Positions 60,134 through 64,000 of a DNA stretch of 64,000 bases are shown here, in pieces. Position numbers and translations under genes: made by a program. The number at the start of each line of letters is the position of its first letter. The first letter of the stretch is position 1. The notes beneath the pieces were generated by a model. The model ran no database searches, was not told the origin of the DNA, and saw only the letters and a program-made list of their open reading frames with translations. The stretch comes from Diadema antillarum (Eukaryota), in the NCBI RefSeq assembly GCF_040938485.1, contig NW_027271528.1, forward strand, positions 496,001 through 560,000, read 5' to 3'.

Positions 60134-61709
60134 TTAACATGGATACCAGGTAATGCTCTAAACCTCCAGCATGCACTGTGTCTGATTCCAGTCGTACCAC
60201 AAATTTCATAAAGGTTTTATCTATTGTCAGCAGTATAAGATTTAAATCGGGGCCCCGTGAAATGTCACTCAGTTCCACGGTCTTCTTGGAAATATTCAGA
60301 GCGAAAATATAACAATGGTTCTGCCCTGGACTCTAGTAGTGTATAAGTGATGAGTCATCGTCTGATCATCAGTAGATTTGAATGTACTGGTGAGGGAGGA
60401 ATGTAAATTGATTTTTCGACATGAAACTCGAAAACTGCCGTTCATTCCAAATTCTTAATTTACACAGAGAAATACTACCGCTGAATAATGAATTGGAAAC
60501 CTTTTGTTTGTGACAGTGTCTTATCTCTATCGAGTTTATGAGAGTGTTTGCATTTTCAGGTAAAAGCTAAAAACAATTGCGAACATGTTCTATTTGCCGG
60601 TCACCTGATAAAGAAATGAAAGGGTTAATTCCAGCATTTGAACTTTGACCTACTGCATTAGTTTCTCTCTTCTCCCGGAATAAGTAACCATTTACCTCTG
60701 ACATTCTGACATCTCTATACCCTTTTACAGGAATCAGCAGATCCCCGTAGGCAATGGATTGAGTGCGTTTACTGAATTCAGTTTAACGAATACAAAGCGA
60801 GTTTATGCTTCGGCACTGTAAGCATCGAGCGCTTTGGTATATAAAGATACTTTCCCTTTTGTGTTCCATAACTCTTTTGTCATTTCTCACTTTGACCAAA
60901 GCAAAATGAAATTCTAAGAGCTTTATGTAAGATAGGGTATAGTTTTGAAACTGGAGCCGCACTGAGAACTTGGTTCGGGTGATTGTGGAGATGAACCCTC
61001 TTCTCACCCTTGTTTCTCGTCCTGTGGTTGAGGAAAAGTTCTTGAGAAGGAGTGCTACCAAGAAACTATGCACTCGTTTCTTCAAGAATGCATTCAACAC
61101 AAACAAAATAATGTCATAACAGAATAACTTCCGCTTTCGCAAGTGATATATCACCATTATGAATAGTGATAACGTATCGGATATAGGTGATGGATGAATA
61201 ACAACTTCTCAAACGATAAAAATCCCGCGTCTACTTCCCATTTCATAGAGATCGCAACGGGGCAGAAATCGGGCGGGATCGATTGTTTCCCGCGTAATTA
61301 TGTCGCCTGACGACAGATCAGGATTATGACGTGCATGTAAGCCTTCGAACACGGAGTATTTTTTCGCTTGTCGAGTATACGCACGAACCAGTGGCAAGCA
61401 TTAGCGGGCCCGGTGTTAAGTAATCTGCGGGGATTAATTTCTCGTTGCAAAATAGTTCTGCTCCCGGGGCACGATTTACGTACAGTCGGTCTTTCTTTCC
61501 TTGTGAAAGGTGTAGTAATTCGGCATTGAGGTTCATTCTAATCCACAAGGAATGGGGGAGTTATTGGAGTATAAGCCGGTTGCAAAGAAGAAAAGAAGAA
61601 GAAACAAGATGTGGCGGGAGAAACGGATGACGTCCTTGATGCTAAACGTTGGGGCAGATTTAACTTTGAAAAGTTGGCTGAGAAAGATGGAAAGAGAAAC
61701 TGAGACATA

Positions 61710-61710
<1 letters not shown>

Positions 61711-61753
<43 letters not shown>

Positions 61754-61942
61754 GAGAGAGACGTAGTAATGGGGATATGGATAAACATTAAGATAGAGGG
61801 AGATATGGGGAGATAAAACAGATATGAAAGAGATATTCTATGAGCAGAAAAAGAGATACATGTTGAGACGAGGAGATAGAAATATAAAGATGGAAAAACC
61901 GGAAGTATAGAGAGATAGGAGAAGAGAAGAAAGAGAGAATGC

Positions 61943-61984
<42 letters not shown>
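61711..61984. repeat. (GA)n and (GT)n microsatellites
   Basis: (GA)n 61711-61761; (GT)n 61947-61984. Confidence 0.95.
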
Positions 61985-61986
<2 letters not shown>

Positions 61987-62572
61987 AAAAAAAAGCGGAT
62001 TTCATTTCCTTGATTTTAGAGAGTTACAATGTGAAATTTGATATTAGTTTGCACAATGGTGGTGATAATGCATTTTGTTATTTATGTAGTGTAAGTTTGA
62101 CGTTATTGTGTACAATGTTTGTGTAAAAAGCAGTTTGTTTTTGTATGATGTTTTGATTCTGTGACTATTTCTGTCTCTATGATATGGAATGGTACGAAAT
62201 TCGAATAAAGAATTATCAAAAAAAAAGTGTTTGTGCATCCGTTTGCGTGTTTATAGTGTTCATGCTTGTGCGTGCGTCATTTTGGGTGTGTGTGTGTGGG
62301 TGTCAGGGCGTGTTTGAAGGACGGGTTAGAATGAAGAAACAGTCGGGCTCATGTTGTACTATTCGTAGTATTCAGTTTAGTTATGTAGAACAGTACCATT
62401 ATATTAAAACGGTATTACTACAGTAGAAGGACTTTGCCTGCATGGCGTGCATATTTAAGGTAATATATTCAAATCACTTTAATATTCAATTTCAACTGAA
62501 TGACAGCAGAAAAGAAGCAACGTTTTGGGGGAACTCTTTGGCCTAAAAATAACGAAAAAAGTGTTTACAATT

Positions 62573-63332
62573 GTGACCCGCTACAACAAAATGGTCCTAA
62601 AGTCGCGCACGGTCGAAGCCGTGAAAATCGAGTTTGAAGTCAGAGCATCAAAATTGGTCAAAACTTACGATTTTCTGAATTTGACATATTATTATAATCT
62701 GACATGTCTTCTATCATCTGTCGAAATTTTGAAGCAAAATGATGAAAGGAAAGACCAAAAAATGGCGTGTTTCTGGGCCATGTTTTTTTGGCGTTTCAAC
62801 GAAGCAGAAACTGGTTCGAACATTTGGATTGAGCGCCACACATAGGCTCCGCCCCTAACAACGACCAGAGTGATCTCATTGGTCAGTTTGCTGCTTGCCG
62901 CTAACCGAAGCGTGAAGCTCGCACACTGCCCAGTCGACTGGTGCGTGCGGGCGGGTTGCGCTATGCGTAGCCGCTTCTCCTGACATCCTGGTCACTGATT
63001 GGTCGGTGAGGAGACCGCCGACGCTGTGTTTGAATGAGCATTTTGGGAGTTGCTAGGGCTTACCTTCTATTGTCAGGAGGTGAATACTGACTTGTGTGTC
63101 TCTTGATTGTGATTGCGTCGCAAGGAGAACTTTTAGGGCGCTTTTCTCGAAACAGTGATTTCCCAGACGTCTCGACATGCTCTCTTTTAAACATCGATAT
63201 CTCCGCAGCTGATTATTTTTATAAGACAAGTTATATATCAATTTAAAGCAAAAAGATTAGGGAATTGTGTCATGCAATTTTCAAATAATCGACCTTGCCC
63301 GACTTTAGGATCATTTTGTTGTAGCAGGTCAC
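62573..63332. mobile_element. Non-autonomous DNA transposon with 4-bp AATT TSD (760 bp)
   Basis: AATT|GTGACCCGCTACAACAAAATGGTCCTAAAGTCG...CGACTTTAGGATCATTTTGTTGTAGCAGGTCAC|AATT. Confidence 0.85.
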
Positions 63333-63562
63333 AATTATATTATTGTGTTTATATTATTATTATATAATAATATTGCTTTGATTCATGATGACTCGTAATT
63401 TGTTAAAAATGAATGAAATGAAATGAAATAGAATAAAATAATGTAATGAGTGATACGAGAAAACAGCAATCACAACCCTTAGGACAGGAAGTACAGTAAA
63501 GGGAAGGGGTGAACTATGTCAGCAACATCAAATGACAAAATTGCTCAACGTTGAGAGGTTAA

Positions 63563-64000
63563 AGGGAACGCAAACCCAAAGAGCAATGTGGATTGAGTGA
63601 AAGCAGTAACATTAGTAGAACACATGAGTGAAAGTTTGAGGAAAATCGGGCAATCGATGCAAAAGTTACGAATTTTTATAATTTCGGTCTTGGAACTGCT
63701 GGGTAAGGAGACTACTAGAGGTTATGACGTATGAGTGGACTACAATATAAAGAAAATATAAAGGGAATTCAACAAAAATTCATTTTTCATGAAAATTACA
63801 CATTAAATCAACTTGATACTAACATATGTTAGGGGTAGCACTTATTCCCCCTGCTTTCTGAAAGCGGTTAGTCAAGTACTCTGTCATTTTGCTAGAAAAG
63901 TGAATTTTTGTGGAATTTATTTCATATTTTCTTTATATTGTTGTCCACTCATACGTCATAACCTCTAGTAGTCTCCTCGTCCAGCGGTTCCAACACCAAA
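63563..64000. mobile_element. Kolobok-like foldback MITE truncated by the window end
   Basis: TTAA|AGGG start; inner arms aggagactactagaggttatgacgtatgagtggac (about 63707) / gtccactcatacgtcataacctctagtagtctcct (about 63943). Confidence 0.8.

Noticed and set aside
61209-61548. Two overlapping protein-like minus-strand ORFs
   Set aside because: GC/CpG-rich island where stops are rare; no splice sites or recognisable domain; better explained as regulatory DNA.

Overview
AT-rich eukaryotic (metazoan) genomic DNA; the repeat landscape and intron style suggest an echinoderm such as a sea urchin (inference). The one well-supported protein-coding gene is on the minus strand: 7 coding exons (22785 to 8898), all with canonical GT-AG junctions and matching phases, encoding a 329-aa coiled-coil protein I cannot name. 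It has a probable 5'UTR exon (23311-23154) and a CCAAT/X-box promoter at about 24.45-24.7 kb. A weaker candidate gene runs off the left edge next to a cluster of RFX X-boxes (1.0-1.6 kb). From about 26 kb to the end there is no supportable multi-exon gene. That stretch holds CpG-rich islands with clustered TF motifs, microsatellites, three assembly gaps and many non-autonomous DNA transposons/MITEs (hAT-, piggyBac-, Kolobok-, Harbinger-, Tc1/pogo-, MULE- and possibly Sola-type), a tRNA-derived SINE and LINE 3' tails. The most unusual signals are: a chain of two AUGA stop/start overlaps (uORF1 to uORF2 to main ORF) in the predicted leader of the coiled-coil gene; its promoter sandwiched between two copies of one foldback MITE; opposing splice donors around a signal-peptide-like ORF at 30.0-30.15 kb; and hairpins ending against (TA)n tracts at 37.9-38.2 kb. 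No transposase or other long ORF, CRISPR array, rRNA or genuine tRNA was found. All coordinates were read by eye.
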